DNA of 64,000 nt from Lama guanicoe (taxonomy: Eukaryota), in the NCBI GenBank assembly GCA_013239625.1, contig MU053881.1:3803957-3867956 (forward strand), in the 5' to 3' direction. The position numbers and the translations under genes are program-made. Shown here piece by piece: positions 12,203-24,867 of this stretch. Below the pieces are notes generated by a model that was not told the origin of the DNA, made no database searches, and was given only the letters and a program-made list of their open reading frames with translations. The stretch's first letter is position 1, and each line of letters opens with the position of its first letter.

Positions 12203-14328
12203 CCCATGGTACATTTGTCAAGATAGACCATATCTTGGGCCATAAAACAGGTCTCAATAAATTTAAAAGAATCAAAGTCATGCAAAGTGTGTTTGCTGAC
12301 CACAGTGGCATTAAATGAGAAACCAATAAGAAGATGAAGATGACGTCTAGGAAAACCCTAAATATCTGGAAATTAATTGGGGCATTGCTAAGTAATTCAT
12401 GGACTGAAAAATCACAAGGAGGATTAGAAAACATTTTGAACTAAAAAACAACAAAAACACGATATGTTAAAATCTGTGGAATGCAGCTAAAGCAGTGTTT
12501 AGAAAGAAAAGTATAGCTTTAAATGCTTATATTAGACAAGAAAAAAAAGTCTAAAGTCAATGACCTAAGCATCTACCTTAAGAGTATAGGAAACAAGAGC
12601 AAAGTAAATAAAAAATAGATACAAAGGAGATGGAAATGATAAGAGCAGAAACTGATGAGATACAAGACAGAGACCATACAAATAATTCTCAAAGTCTGAA
12701 TTTGGTTCTCTAAAAATGATCGACAAAACTGGCAAATTTCTAACAAGATTAATCCAAGAAAAAAAAAAGGATTATCAATCACCAATATCAAAAATGAAAA
12801 AGGGATTGTCACCATAGATCCCATAGTGGAAACTGACAAATGGATTATAATATTTATGGGGAAATACAAAGGGTGTAGAAGAACACAGGCAATTTTTAAA
12901 AAGGGAGTTGGATAACTGAACCAACTTGTGTCCAAGATTTACTCTAAAGTCACAGCAATCAAGACAGTTTGGGTATTAGTGAAAATACAAATGTGTAGAT
13001 CAATGGGACAGATTAGAGGGTCCATAAATAGATCCACATGTATTTAGTCAATTGTTTTGACACAAGTGCCAAGGCAATTTTGTGAGAAAAGAAAAGTCTT
13101 TTCAACAAACGGTCCTAGACGTTCATCTGAGGAAAAAGTGAATGTTGATGATTAACTCATACCATATATAAAAATTTGATTCTAAATAGATTATAGACCC
13201 AAATGTAAAACTTAATAAACTGTAAAACTTCCCAAAGTAAGCTCAGGAGAATATTTTTGCAACTCTGGGGTAGGCAAAGTTTTCTTAGATCGAACACAGC
13301 AAGCAAGAACCATTAAGAAAAAATAATAAATTAAACTTCTTTCAATAACAGCCTTTTGTTCTTTGAAGGATATCATTAAATACAGAGGCAATTCACAGAT
13401 TGGGGGAGATGCCTGCAGCATACATATCAGAAAAAGGGTCTGCATTCAGAATAAAAAGCATTCTGATAACTCAATAGTAAAAAGACAAACATTCAATGAG
13501 AAAATGGGCAAAAATTTGAACAGATACTTCTCCAAAGAAGATATGAGAGAGGTACTCAACACCATTAGTCTTCAGGGAAATGCAAATTTAATGACAAGGA
13601 GATACCACTGCATGCCCCACTAGAAAGGCTAAAATCAGTGGTGTGCTGGCCGCGAGCTAGCTCCAGCACACTAGTAGCTAACGTGTTTTTAAAACTGACC
13701 ATCCCTCTTCCATTGGTGAAGATGTGGGGCAGCTGGAACTGTGCTGAGGATGTAAAATGGTAAAAGCACTGGGAAAAAAGAGTTTTGCAGTTTTTCAAAA
13801 AGTTAAACATCATCTGCCGTATAACTCTGTCACGAACATCTGGACATACCCAAGTGCACAGTAGCTTCATTTGTAATAGCCCCAAATTGGAAACAAACCA
13901 AACATCTACCAGCAGACGACATGCTGTGGCATATTCATTCAGTGGAATATTAATCAGCAATAGAAAGGAATGAAGTGTGGATACGCAAACCATATGGATG
14001 TATCTCAAAATTATTATACTGAGTGAAAGAAGACTGAAAAGAAAGAGAGTACAGGCTGCCTGCTTCAATATATAAGGATTTAAAAAAAATGCAATCCAAT
14101 CCATAGTGACAGAAAACACATCAGTAGTTGCCTAGTGAGGGGGTGGAAGGAAGGATGGATTACAATGGCCACAAGGTAATCTCTGATGGTCAAGGAAATG
14201 TTTGTAATCCTGGTTATGGAGATGGGTTCACGGGTATATACACATGTCAAAACTGATCAAACCATGCACTTTAAATATGTGTCGTTTCACATACTTCAAT
14301 TATATCTCAATAAAGTTGAAAAATATTT
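12203..14328 (+). mobile_element. Old L1 (L1MC/L1MD-type): degenerate ORF2 and 3' UTR with an internal deletion
   Basis: Begins with endonuclease-domain sequence HGTFVKIDHILGHKTGLNKFKRIK, carries many stops and frameshifts, includes C-terminal ORF2 remnants (NLNRYFSKED), and ends at 'tatatctcaataaagttgaaaaa'. Confidence 0.92.
13636..13676 (-). mobile_element. 41-bp internally deleted MER63-type (hAT-Blackjack) element
   Basis: TIRs CAGTGGTGTGCTGG / CCAGCACACTAGTA (11/14 complementary); 8-bp TSD GCTAAAAT / GCTAACGT; it interrupts continuous L1 sequence. Confidence 0.7.
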
Positions 14329-14742
14329 TTAAAAGGGCAAACTTCTGGGCTTGATCCCAAGCTCAGTGAAGGGAGAACTGAGAGAGCGGCTGGACTTGTA
14401 GTCCGACGAGCTTCCCAGATGATTCTTATAAGGTGGGAGACTTACTGAAGAGGACCCCCCCACCATTGTAATCAGGTGTGACAAGTGTAATTTTGAAGGT
14501 GGATAAAGGAAGGTGTGTTCACATTTCAAAGTGGAGCCTGAGTTTTAATAGCCCAGTAGTAGCGTTTGCATTGTCTAACTGCTCTAGCTTGTGCCACGGG
14601 CTCTCCCAAGCCTGATGTAGCCCCCGCTGGGAGGTGACAAGATGGGAGGGTTGACTCTCAGGGGAGCTGAAAATTACAAGGGAAGGTGCAAATCTCCTCT
14701 CCATCACTAGCTGGCTGGATGACCTCCTGCACACGCCTCTCT

Positions 14743-15100
14743 CTATCAGTTATCTGCTGCTGTGTGTCCAAGCCACTCTAAGACATTGTAGCTTAGAACA
14801 ACTGCTCATCCCTCGGTAATTTGGTCAGGGCTTGGTGGGGACGGCTAGCCTCTACTTCACATGGGCACAGTCAGCTGGGGTGCTCCTTTGAGGCTGAAGG
14901 ATTCACTTCCGAGCCACCTGGATGCTGGCTACCTCCTGGGGGCTCTGGCATAGTTGTAGGCGGAGCCTCATCTGTCCATGGATGTTCTTTAGGGCTTACT
15001 TACAGCATCATAACTGGGTTCTAAGAGTGAGTGTTAAAGAGAACAAGGAAGAAGCTGCATCCTCTTTTATAATCTAGCCTCAGACATCACAAAGTGTCCA
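14743..15100 (-). mobile_element. MaLR LTR (older MLT1 subfamily)
   Basis: 'tatcagttatctgctgctgtg...ttgtagcttagaacaac...aagctgcatcctcttttataatctagcctcagacatcaca'. Confidence 0.7.
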
Positions 15101-15369
15101 CAAAGTGTCTACTGACCACCCTTAAAGGTCCCTCCTCTTGTTCATTCTCTTCCAGCCATGCTGGTCTTTTAATTCCTCTAAAACTTTACCCTGTTCCTTT
15201 TCCAGTGTGTTTGCACCTGCTCTTTCCGCTGCCTGAAACACTTCCATATGCCCCACAGATCTGTACCAGATCGCCTTGTTCCCATCCCTCAGGTCTCAGC
15301 CAAATGTCATCACCCCAGAGAAGCGTTCCTCTCTGATGTTCCTCGATTCCCACCCTTGCAAAGCTTGCC

Positions 15370-15582
15370 AGCACTCTTTGATAGAACTTTCTGCCTTCAT
15401 GGAATTATTCTTTACCTTCTCCGTCCAATATGGTAGCCACCACACATGGAAATATATTCAGTCCTTGAAATCTGGCAACTCTGACTGCAACTTTGGATTT
15501 CAACGTGTGCTTGATCTTAATAAACCCAAAATTTAAATAGCTGCCAAGAGCTAGTCGCTACCACCCTGGTGAGCTCAGCTCT
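15370..15582. mobile_element. MER3-like hAT MITE nested in an L2
   Basis: 'atagaactttctgc...gtccaatatggtagccacca.cacatgg...aatttaaatagc...gctagtcgctacc'; flanked by L2 sequence (~15130-15640). Confidence 0.75.
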
Positions 15583-15644
15583 GCCTGTTAAGTCACTCTG
15601 TTTTCTTCCTAGCAGTTATCACCACTCAAAATTGTTTCTTTTTA

Positions 15645-16815
15645 TGTTTTCAACTTTTTATTATGACAAATTCAACTCCATAGAAAATTGCAAGCATCGT
15701 GGAACGAACCCTTCACCCAGATTCATTAATTGTGAATGTCTTGCCAAATGTGCTTTATCTTCCACATGAGTATGTATCATTTTTGGCGGGAGATGGCTGA
15801 GCCACTTGAGAGCTAGTTGCTGACATCATAGCATTTCATCCCTAAACACTCCTAAGAGCAAGGACATTCTCCTAAAGAACCACAATGTCATCATCACACT
15901 GAAGAAATTTAACATGGACATAATATTGTCATCTAATGTCAATCTAATACCATTGTCTAATATGTACTATGTGTTCAGCTTTCACAAATTGTCCCCAAAG
16001 TGTCTTCTGTAGCACTTTTTCTTTTTTAACTAGGATCATATACAGGGTCATGTGTGGTGTTTGCCTTACTTCCTTTTTCTCCTTTAATCTGGAATGGTTC
16101 TTAGCTTTTCTTGGTCTTTCATGACCTTGGCATTTTTAAAGAGCAGAGGGCAGTTGTACTGAGAAATGTCCCTGGATTTGGATTTGTTTGCTTGTTTCCT
16201 TATGGTTGGATTCAGGTTATGCATTTTGGCAGGAGTGCCACTTAGTGATATGTCCTCTTCAGTGCGTGGTATCAGGAGGCACATGATGTCAATTTGTTCC
16301 GTTATTGGGGACGCATTTTGATCACTTGGTAAAGGTGGTATTCGCCAGAGCTCTCCAGCGTCAAGGTACTCTTCCCCCCTTCCCTTGGCAATTTATAACT
16401 AATTTGTCGGGAGATCCTTTGGGACTATGTGAATATTCTGTTTCTCATCAAATTTTTATTCAATGGTTTTAACATTCATTGATAATTATGCCTGAATCAA
16501 TTATTGCTGTGGAGTTGTGAAATGATTTTTTCCTCTTTATTTCCTTCTGTATCTATTATTTGGCATTCTACTATAAAAAGAAAATCTTTCCTTTCCCTTT
16601 TTATATTTGCATATTTGTTTGACTCAGTATGAACTTGTGGATTTCATTTGCTGTATTATAATCCATTACTGTCACTATCCATTTTGATACTAAAATTGAT
16701 CCAGTTCAGGCCAGTGGGAAGTCCCTTAAGCTGGTCTCTATATTCTTTTATGTGCTTCTGCCAATCTTTGAGATTTTCTTACTTTCTAGCACAATAAGAT
16801 GTTCCAGATTTACCT
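15645..16815 (-). mobile_element. Old L1 3' UTR (L1MC-type)
   Basis: Antisense motifs 'aagagcaaggacattctcctaaagaaccacaat' and 'ggattcaggttatgcattttggcagg'. Confidence 0.8.
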
Positions 16816-16978
16816 TAATTTGCACGTTTATTTATTTAAATGTTTATTATGTGTCTCCCCCCTGCCATCAGCAGATAAGCTCTTCTCTCTCTACCAAGAT
16901 TCTTAGCACTTAAATGCTCAGGTACGAATTGGACAAGAGAAGTCTTCGAAATCTATTTCTGGAACGAGCAAGGAGCAT

Positions 16979-17224
16979 TCTGCAAATTTCGAACTCCCAA
17001 TTTATCCTTTGACTAACTAATATATATAAAATAGATAAACAAGTTTATACTGTGTGGCACAGGGAACAATATTTGATATCTTGTAGTAATTCATGGTGAA
17101 AAAGAATATGAAAATGAACGTATGCATGTACATGTATGACTGGAGCATTGTGCTGTGCACCTGAAATTGACACAACATTGTAAACTGACTATACTTCAAT
17201 TAAAATATATATGTACAAAAAAAA
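16979..17224 (+). mobile_element. Young camelid L1 3' end with a 5' inversion
   Basis: 17011-17224 matches the L1 3' ends at ~43040 and ~55340. 16979-17010 is the reverse complement of the segment that lies immediately upstream in those copies. Confidence 0.88.
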
Positions 17225-17349
17225 TTATTCTGTATGAACGCCAAGAAGTTTCAAGCTCCATGCGGTTCTTAGCTGTCTGCCCATAAGAACAGAGTGCAGA
17301 GCTAGTGAGGCAAGACCAGTGATGAGGGACACAGGCCATCGGGCTGGCC

Positions 17350-17700
17350 CTTCCCAGGTTCCTCTCTGAGCTTCACTACTTCTTAACTGTTGACTTTGGA
17401 TAAGTCACTTCTAAGTGTCAGTTTCATGTTCATCAAAACGGGACACCACTGACAGTACTACCTCACATGATTGTTATAAGGACTAACAAAGAGAATATAC
17501 ATCGAGTGCTCAGCCCAGTGTCTGGCACATGCAGATGGCCGAAAAATAGTAGGTGTTACTATTTCATACATTTTCTCATCTAGTCTTCCCAGCTCTGTGA
17601 GATCTCTTCATTTGTAGATGAGGAAACTGAGGTTCAGAGTGGCTAACTAAGTTATCCAAGGTCACACAGCTAGCCGGTGAGGAAGTCCAGGTAGGAACCA
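17350..17700. mobile_element. Two adjacent MIRs (+ then -)
   Basis: A + strand core to ~17560, then antisense 'catttgtagatgaggaaactgaggttcagag...ccaaggtcacacagctag'. Confidence 0.85.
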
Positions 17701-18057
17701 ATGGAGAGGCTTTCCTGGTTACACTGGAGGTGAGAGCTGACCTAGGTGACATAGAGCGCCTTTGACCTGGCCTGGCTGTGTAGACTTGCCCCCAACTCCC
17801 TGCAGTGTGTAAACAGAGGGGTCACTGCTCATTGTGCAATGCAGAAGTGACTGGGGCCTGGCAAAGGAGTGACAACCATTCTTACTGCCAGAAGCTTATC
17901 CGCAATACCACGGGGGGCCACAAGCAGCTAGACTGACAAAGGCAGAATAGCGATTAAGATCTTGAACTCGAGTAAGACCAGGGTTTCCAACCTGAGTCAG
18001 AGATTTTGGGTAAGTCATCTAACCAGTCTGGGTGTTAGTTTCCTTATTTGCAAAACT

Positions 18058-18395
18058 TCAAGGCTTTTGCACTGGCTGTCCTCTCTGCCTGCAAATGCTT
18101 TTCCCCGACACCCCGATAGTTAACCCCTTAATATCCCTCATACATTTATGCAAAATTACTGAGCCCTACCTAAGATTTCTTAACATTGAAAATGACCTTC
18201 TCCACCCCATTCCCTTTTCCCTAGCTCTGTTTTCCTCCTGGTACTGACCACCACCTAACATGTCATTCACTTACTGATTATTTTCTTTGTTATTGTCTTT
18301 CTCACCTCACTAGAACATCATCTCCACCACAGCCAGGGCTTTTGATCTGTCTGGGTCACCGAGAAAAGTGCCTGGACTTAAGAATAGCTCAACAA
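18058..18395 (+). mobile_element. L2 3' end
   Basis: 'ggcttttgcactggctgtcctctctgcctgcaaatgc...tattgtctttctcacctcactagaac'. Confidence 0.8.
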
Positions 18396-20404
18396 AAAAA
18401 CCCTGTTTGTTGCCACTGTAAACAAACCACCCCGGAGTGCTAAATTTTTTGGAAATGCTCAAAACAAGCAATGTTATCAAATCATGCTGCTGTTTCAGTC
18501 CCTCTGGAATTTGATCATGGTTTTAATGCCAAATTCCTGTCATTTTTAGTTCTGGCTTAAGACCTCCAAATATGTCTGGGACTTCCTCCTTCTCTACCTT
18601 AGATCCTGATTTTCCAATGTGACCTGCAGAGTATCCTCCCTTGGGAGCTTGCAGAGATGCAGAGTTTTGGATCCCACCCCAGCCTGATGGAGTAAAAATA
18701 TGCCTGAGAACAAGACCCTCTGGTGACCAGTATGAGGGCAAGTTGGAGAAGTGCCATCTTCCATCACCGCCTTCTTTTCTGGAATCTCTCCTCCAGCTCC
18801 CCACGTCTTTCATTCTTTCCCCCTAGCTTTCTAACTTGCCTTAGAGTTTCTTTCCTTTGCAAGTTTGCTGTCTGGTGCTCCGAGCGGACTTTGCATGTTC
18901 CTTTGTCTGCACATCTTATCTCTTTGAGTTGCCCCTTCATTAGATGGTGTGCTGTCTGAAGGCAGAGCCTCTCCCCACTTAACCCGCTGCCTCCACCTGC
19001 CTTAATTTACTAGGATCTGTCCTAGGAGCAAATGAATCATTTCGCAGCTTTGTCTCCTTTGTTTATTCTGAGGATCTAAAGGTGTTTAACACAGCATTGC
19101 TTTTATGGCTTCTTAGATCTTAAACCCCACGCTTCCTGAAGGCAGGACCACTCAGACTTCCCAAGTACTCAAAGTCACCTTTGTTTTACTCAATGAACAT
19201 TGAGAACAGCCTGAGTGCCAGTCCCTAAAGTGACTGCCAGGGAAATAAATATGCTTAGGACGCAATTTCTGGCAATAAGCTTGCAGTCTTGTGGAGGGGA
19301 CAGATGACCCCAGGTCGACACACTGACACGAGTCTTCATTGTAGCATCATCCAATTCAGTGGCAAACAATCTGAAAGTCCACCTGCAGGAATAAAAAAAA
19401 AAAAAACTACATCACCATCACACTGCAAAGTTCTATGTAGCAGCTTTTAAAGAAAAGGAGATAAATATAGAATTAGTGCCCAAGAAAGATCTCCAGGATA
19501 TGATGTGTGAACAAAAGCTTCTTGCAAACTATGTGCCTATTGATACCGATTAGATCTGAAATATGAACATTTATATTTAACATGCACAAAAAGAATCAAA
19601 TGGCCACACACAATGAATGGCAGTGATCAAGGGAGACAGCCTCGTGGAGAAAATATATATACATAATTTGTGCAACTTCATAATAACTTAGAAACATAAC
19701 ACTATTCAATGCAAATTAAAAAAAAATAGAATAAGGCAACAGCAACCAAGGTGAGCAGAACTGGGAGGCAGAGAGAAATTACAGGCTTTGGAACACCATT
19801 TCGTGTAGCCAAGTACAATCGTTCCCATTGTATGGGTGACTTGATTGAGACTGGCAGAGGTTAAGTAACTTGCTTAGGGTCTGAGGTCGACTGGCACACA
19901 GGTGCTTTGTGCTAACTGTGGAGAGGCCCCTGAGTGGACGATGAGACAAGAAGATGCCGTCCTCTGCCACCAGGTTCGATGTGGCCATTCCTGCCTGACC
20001 CAATATGCCTGACTCTGATCTACATTGATCTTTTTTTTTTTTTTTTAAATAAAGGCTTTTGTCCTCCGTTTCAAGACTCCCTTCCTTAAGATGATGGAGA
20101 CCTGGCAGATTCCTCTTTCCCTGAGGGCAACCACCTCCCCTTCTCCCTTTTATCTGCTTCCTACGAACTTACATCTTCGATCCTGACATCAGCTGCAACT
20201 TTACAAGAGGAACTTAAAAATTAGCATTGCCCCCAGCTTGCAATATTCTTGAGCTATCCAGCCTAGAACTCTAGATTATCCACTTTTTTCCCCCAAGTTC
20301 TCAGCTTTACCATAAACCCCAACCCAGTCACCACACAGGTAGGCAAGACCAGTCTCCTGGACACAAGTCTGATCAGGCATTATCTCTGGGGAGCAAGGTC
20401 TTCT

Positions 20405-20512
20405 ATTTAAAAAAAAAATTTTTTTTTTAAACGGAGGTACTGGAGATTGAATCCAAGACCTCATACATGCTAAGCACGTGCTCTATCTACCACTGAGCTA
20501 TAACCTTCCCCC
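20405..20512 (-). mobile_element. Camelid tRNA-derived SINE (Vic-1 type), short form
   Basis: Antisense pol III A box (tagctcagtgg) and B box (gattcaatctcc); TSD caaggtcttct / caagggtcttct. Confidence 0.88.
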
Positions 20513-23104
20513 AAGGGTCTTCTGTGTTTTTATGATTCTTGCACACTCTAAAAAAATTGCGAAGAATTCACTGGGAAGGCAAGCAGAACATGTAAAATTA
20601 AAGAACACTAACTACCAAAGACTCAACTTCAAAAGTGTCTATATACTCATTTCAAAAAACCATAGAGCTGTAAATGATTTCCTGGGCAATAAACATCCAG
20701 ACGCAATCAAGCTAGAACAAGATGATGAGCATGACACATCTTGCAGAGTCCTGTACGCAGTAAATGTTGGGAAAGGAGTTTTGAAACAAACGAAGCATGA
20801 TCCTCAAAGGTACCCTGTAGATATGTTGAAATGAACTGAACTGAATGAAAGGAGATTTGGGTGTTTCTCAAAACAAGGACATCTAGCCCTGGAAGCCATG
20901 ACAAGACATCAGAGCCTCACAAAAGGCTGAACCTGTAAATCAACTCTGCATTGCATATTTATTACTGAGAGCGAGCGCAGTGGGCACGGAAGAACCGGAT
21001 TGGGAAATGACATCTCTAATGTTGTTTGCCCAAATTTGCCAAGCATAATAGATTAGGAGCCCTTATGGGTGTACCCAACTAATTGCACTTAATTGTTGGG
21101 GCAAATCAGATGCTCTATCAGCAACAAGCCCAATTAATTAAATGCAGACACACAAGTCGGATTGGGAAGGCAGGGGGAGGGCTGGGCTCATTTCAAAATT
21201 AACCTTGTGTTATTTTAATTGATTTTGAGAAGTCACAGAGAGAACACGACTAAAAACAGCAGCTCACATGGAACATTCCATCAGGATACGGTAGAGAACA
21301 TTTACCCAGACTTTCTGGGACCCCGTCAAAGCTCTGAGGCTCATGACGCCAGAGAAGGAGGGAGAGGGGAGAGAGATTGTCCTCACAGCCTACGGGAGGG
21401 GAAGGCAGGTGGAGAGCAAGCCTAGGGTGATTTGAAAATCAAGTGAAAATCAAGTTCAGTGCATTCTTAGAATAGAGTCTTTATCTAGTCTAGATCCAGG
21501 AGAACCTCAAATCCCATTAGGCAGGATGGAGCAGGGAGACAATCTCTAAAGACAATCTTTCTCTCATTTCCACCATTTATAAACACCTTCACAGTTTTTG
21601 CAATATTCAAGTGACTTGTCCTATTGTTTACATTTTTCCTGTAAATCGGTCAACTGATTTCCCAAAGGGCTGTGCCATCTGACACTGCCACCCCTGGGTC
21701 GCAGCTGAGTATTTTCACCACTTAAACACCAGCATCGTCCCCCAGGTCCACCTGCCCTCCCAGTGAGGCCCCGTGGGGATGTGTTCCCATTCTTTTGAAC
21801 AAACCACAGAAGTTGGAATGCCCTGATTTCTCATTGGTCAGTTTTAAAACACCCCCTTCCCTCTTCAGCCTGTGCATCCCAATTTCCTTAATGATATTCC
21901 AGAATCATTGCTCACAAAGTCCCTTCTACAAACATGTCTCTTCTAGAGTTCTCAATCAAGCTGAAACTCGGAGCATGCTCTCCCACCTGAGGCAGAAGGG
22001 AGATTGCTGGCAGGAAAGGGGCCAGAGGGATGGGATGTGCTTCAATATACGGACCTTTTGGATGCCCTGCAGGTTTCCAGGTAGACTGAGTCAAGCTTTC
22101 TTGGTTAAGTCAGGTCAATCGGCCTTTGTTCTGAAGGCTTAGTTAGCCTTGGAATTGCCTTTCGGGGCCACCCTGATTGCCTCTCTGACTTTGTGCTGCT
22201 TAACTCAGACTGCAGCAGGCCCCTCCCCTAGTCTAGCCTCAGAAGTGGTTCTAAAGCTGCCTGACTCAGAGGTCTGCCCACGGATTAGTGGTGGGTGTGC
22301 ATGGAGCATCTGAGAGGTAAGGAGGAAAGATGGGAATTTCAGAGATAGGGGCCCCATATCTCTAAAATGAGTGAGAGCAGGGGATAAAAAATTGTCAAGG
22401 ACCACACAGGGGGCAAAGACCCCTCTTGACATCCATTTCCATCGGCTCCATTCACTCCAACCCTCCACCTTCTTCCCTAGTTCTAGAACAAGTTTGGCCC
22501 TAGAACCTTCTCTCTCAGGCACCAAAGGAAGGGATGGTGTAGCTATGATCAAAATGAAAGGGATTAATTAAGTCATGGCACCAGATGCAAAAGGCAGCTT
22601 TGTGACTCAAGCCCAAATGATGACACAACAGGATCTGAGAGTTCTTGACACCTTGATTGGCTGCTTATTTGTTTTAACAAGAGTTCGCCTTTCAAACGAG
22701 TGTCTCTTGTTTATCCTGGTTGGAATCCGCCCGAGGCAGGGCAGCTGCGACTACAACCAAAATGGCGGCCAGGTTTTGCGCGCCTGTTAAATGCGGTGCG
22801 TGAATACGCACAGTGCGTAATGCATAAACATGCAAAGTGTAAGAGGATTGTAAATTGAAGACTGGGGGAGAGAAAGTTCTCATTCGGAAATTTTACTTCT
22901 GCCACTAACTTGTTTATGACTTTGAACAAATAATAATAATAATATTAAATGTTTTGAGCATTTTCTTTGCAAGAGATACTTTCTTTGCATTATCTCAGTT
23001 TATCCTTGCAAGAACCTGTCAAGTAAGTACCATCAGTAGCCCCAATTAATAAATGAGGAAACTAAGACAAGAACCCAAGGAGATATCCTTGCAAATGGTA
23101 GAGC

Positions 23105-23211
23105 CGGTTCTTTCCAGGTTTGCCTGGGACTGAGACGTTTTCCCAGATGTGGGACTTTCAGTGCTAAAGGCAGGGATGTCCCCAGCAAACCGGGGTGAGT
23201 TGCTCACCTTA
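23105..23211. mobile_element. MER81/MER94-like hAT-Blackjack MITE
   Basis: 'ggtttgcctgggactgag...gggactttcagtgctaaa...gtcccagcaaaccgggg..gttgctcacctta'. Confidence 0.75.
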
Positions 23212-23330
23212 ATTATTTTCTGAATATATTTTACAACAAGCACTTGGTTCACTTATAGGCATTTTGTTCATATCATTGTATTAACCATACTGTTGAGTTT
23301 TCTTCACTAAATCTAATTCTTCTCCTCATA

Positions 23331-23804
23331 CGGTCAGACCTCAGAGACAGTGCAGGTTCCATACCAGACCACTGCAAAAAAGCAAATATCTCAACAAAGT
23401 GAGTCACATGAATTGCTTTGTTTCCCCGTGCATAAAAATTTATGCTTACGCCGTACGGTAGTCTATTAGGTGTGCAATAGGATTATGTCTAAAAAAAGCA
23501 CATATCTTAAATAAAAAATACTGTATTGCTAAAAAAAATAAAAGCCAAAACAATTGTAATAGGAACAGAAAAGATTACTGATCACAAATCACAATAATAA
23601 ATATAAGACTAATGAAAAAGTGAAATATTGCAAGAATTACCAAAAATGTGATACAGAGAATGCGACACATGAAGTGAGCAAATACTGGGAAAATGAGGCT
23701 GATAGACTTACTGGTTGTGGGGTTGCCACAAACCTTTAATTTGTATAAAACGTAATATCTATGAAACACAGTACTTTGAAGAAATGTAAAAAGAGGTATG
23801 CCTA
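23331..23804 (-). mobile_element. Internally deleted Tigger1 derivative (Tigger1a-type, TcMar)
   Basis: Both Tigger1 termini are present (cggtcagacctc... / ...gaggtatgccta, matching the CAGGCATACCTC TIR), flanked by TA on each side; no transposase. Confidence 0.88.
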
Positions 23805-24867
23805 TATTTTGTTAAGTCTCAACTTTGCAGAGTGTAAATTGTGTTAACTTTAACTTGTAGAGATACGTTCTACTGGTAATATGCATCATAAATGGGATTA
23901 AAAAACAATATGTAATTATTTCTTGGCTACATGATACAACCATGTGCAGTTGTCATCAGTGATTCTGGGATTTTATTGCTCATCACATTACTAACCTGAC
24001 TGTGCCATAAACGTGTCATGACTTTGTCTACTAACTGGCCACATCATTGACAGTGCAAAGAGCCAGTAGCACAGTCAAAACAGTATCGACTCACCTGTGG
24101 TCAAACCAGTGCTTCAGAATAGTGGGACTAAAGAGTCTGGCTTTGTTGAGAGGAAGCTCCTACATTTAAAATGTTCTATTCTTCTAACATTCAACAAAAA
24201 CTATGAATTTTCTACTCTGTGCCTCGGATGCTACAAGATGCTGGGATCCAGTGATTAACAAGACATGGCCCTTGCCCTCATAGTCCAGCAGAGTATATTT
24301 TAACAACTAGTTGTAGGTTTAATTATCTGATTTCAGTGACGATCCAGACGACAAGGGGAAGGATGAGGACTACCAGGGCATCTGGACCGGAGCGCTTGGC
24401 ATAGCCAGGTGACAATTTCAGGAAACTGCAAAGATGAAATCAGAACTCAGCACCTTAGTCAGCAGTGGGGTCTTCAACTACAATATTCTGAGGGCCACTG
24501 TCTTGGCCAAGGTGAGGACAGAATGAGGCACTTCCTTCCTACATATAGTTCCTCCAAGGATTATGATGAAGGTAGGGGTAAATCTAAAGTTGACAGGGTG
24601 TTGTGGAGCCAGGAGGACCGAGGCATGGCATGGCTGAGAACCTCAGTGCCATGTGATATAATCACTAATTGGAAAAGTGTGGCTGCTCTGAATGCTTCTG
24701 AGAAATGATTCTTGTGCCACCATTTCTGGGGCAATAAACCCTCACCCAAGTGAAGATACTGAGCATTTTGATTTTACCCTCACTGCAGTCCTTCCAGTTA
24801 GCATGACTACCACCATTCTCAAATGAAGAAACTGAGGTTCAGGGAGGAGGAAGCTAGATAGTCACCC

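Noticed and set aside
13565..14119. 184-aa hydrophobic ORF
   Set aside because: It is the antisense reading of A-rich L1 sequence, which typically gives F/L/I-rich spurious ORFs.
15087..15110. Short tandem duplication CACAAAGTGTC x2
   Set aside because: An ordinary 11-bp slippage duplication at a repeat boundary.
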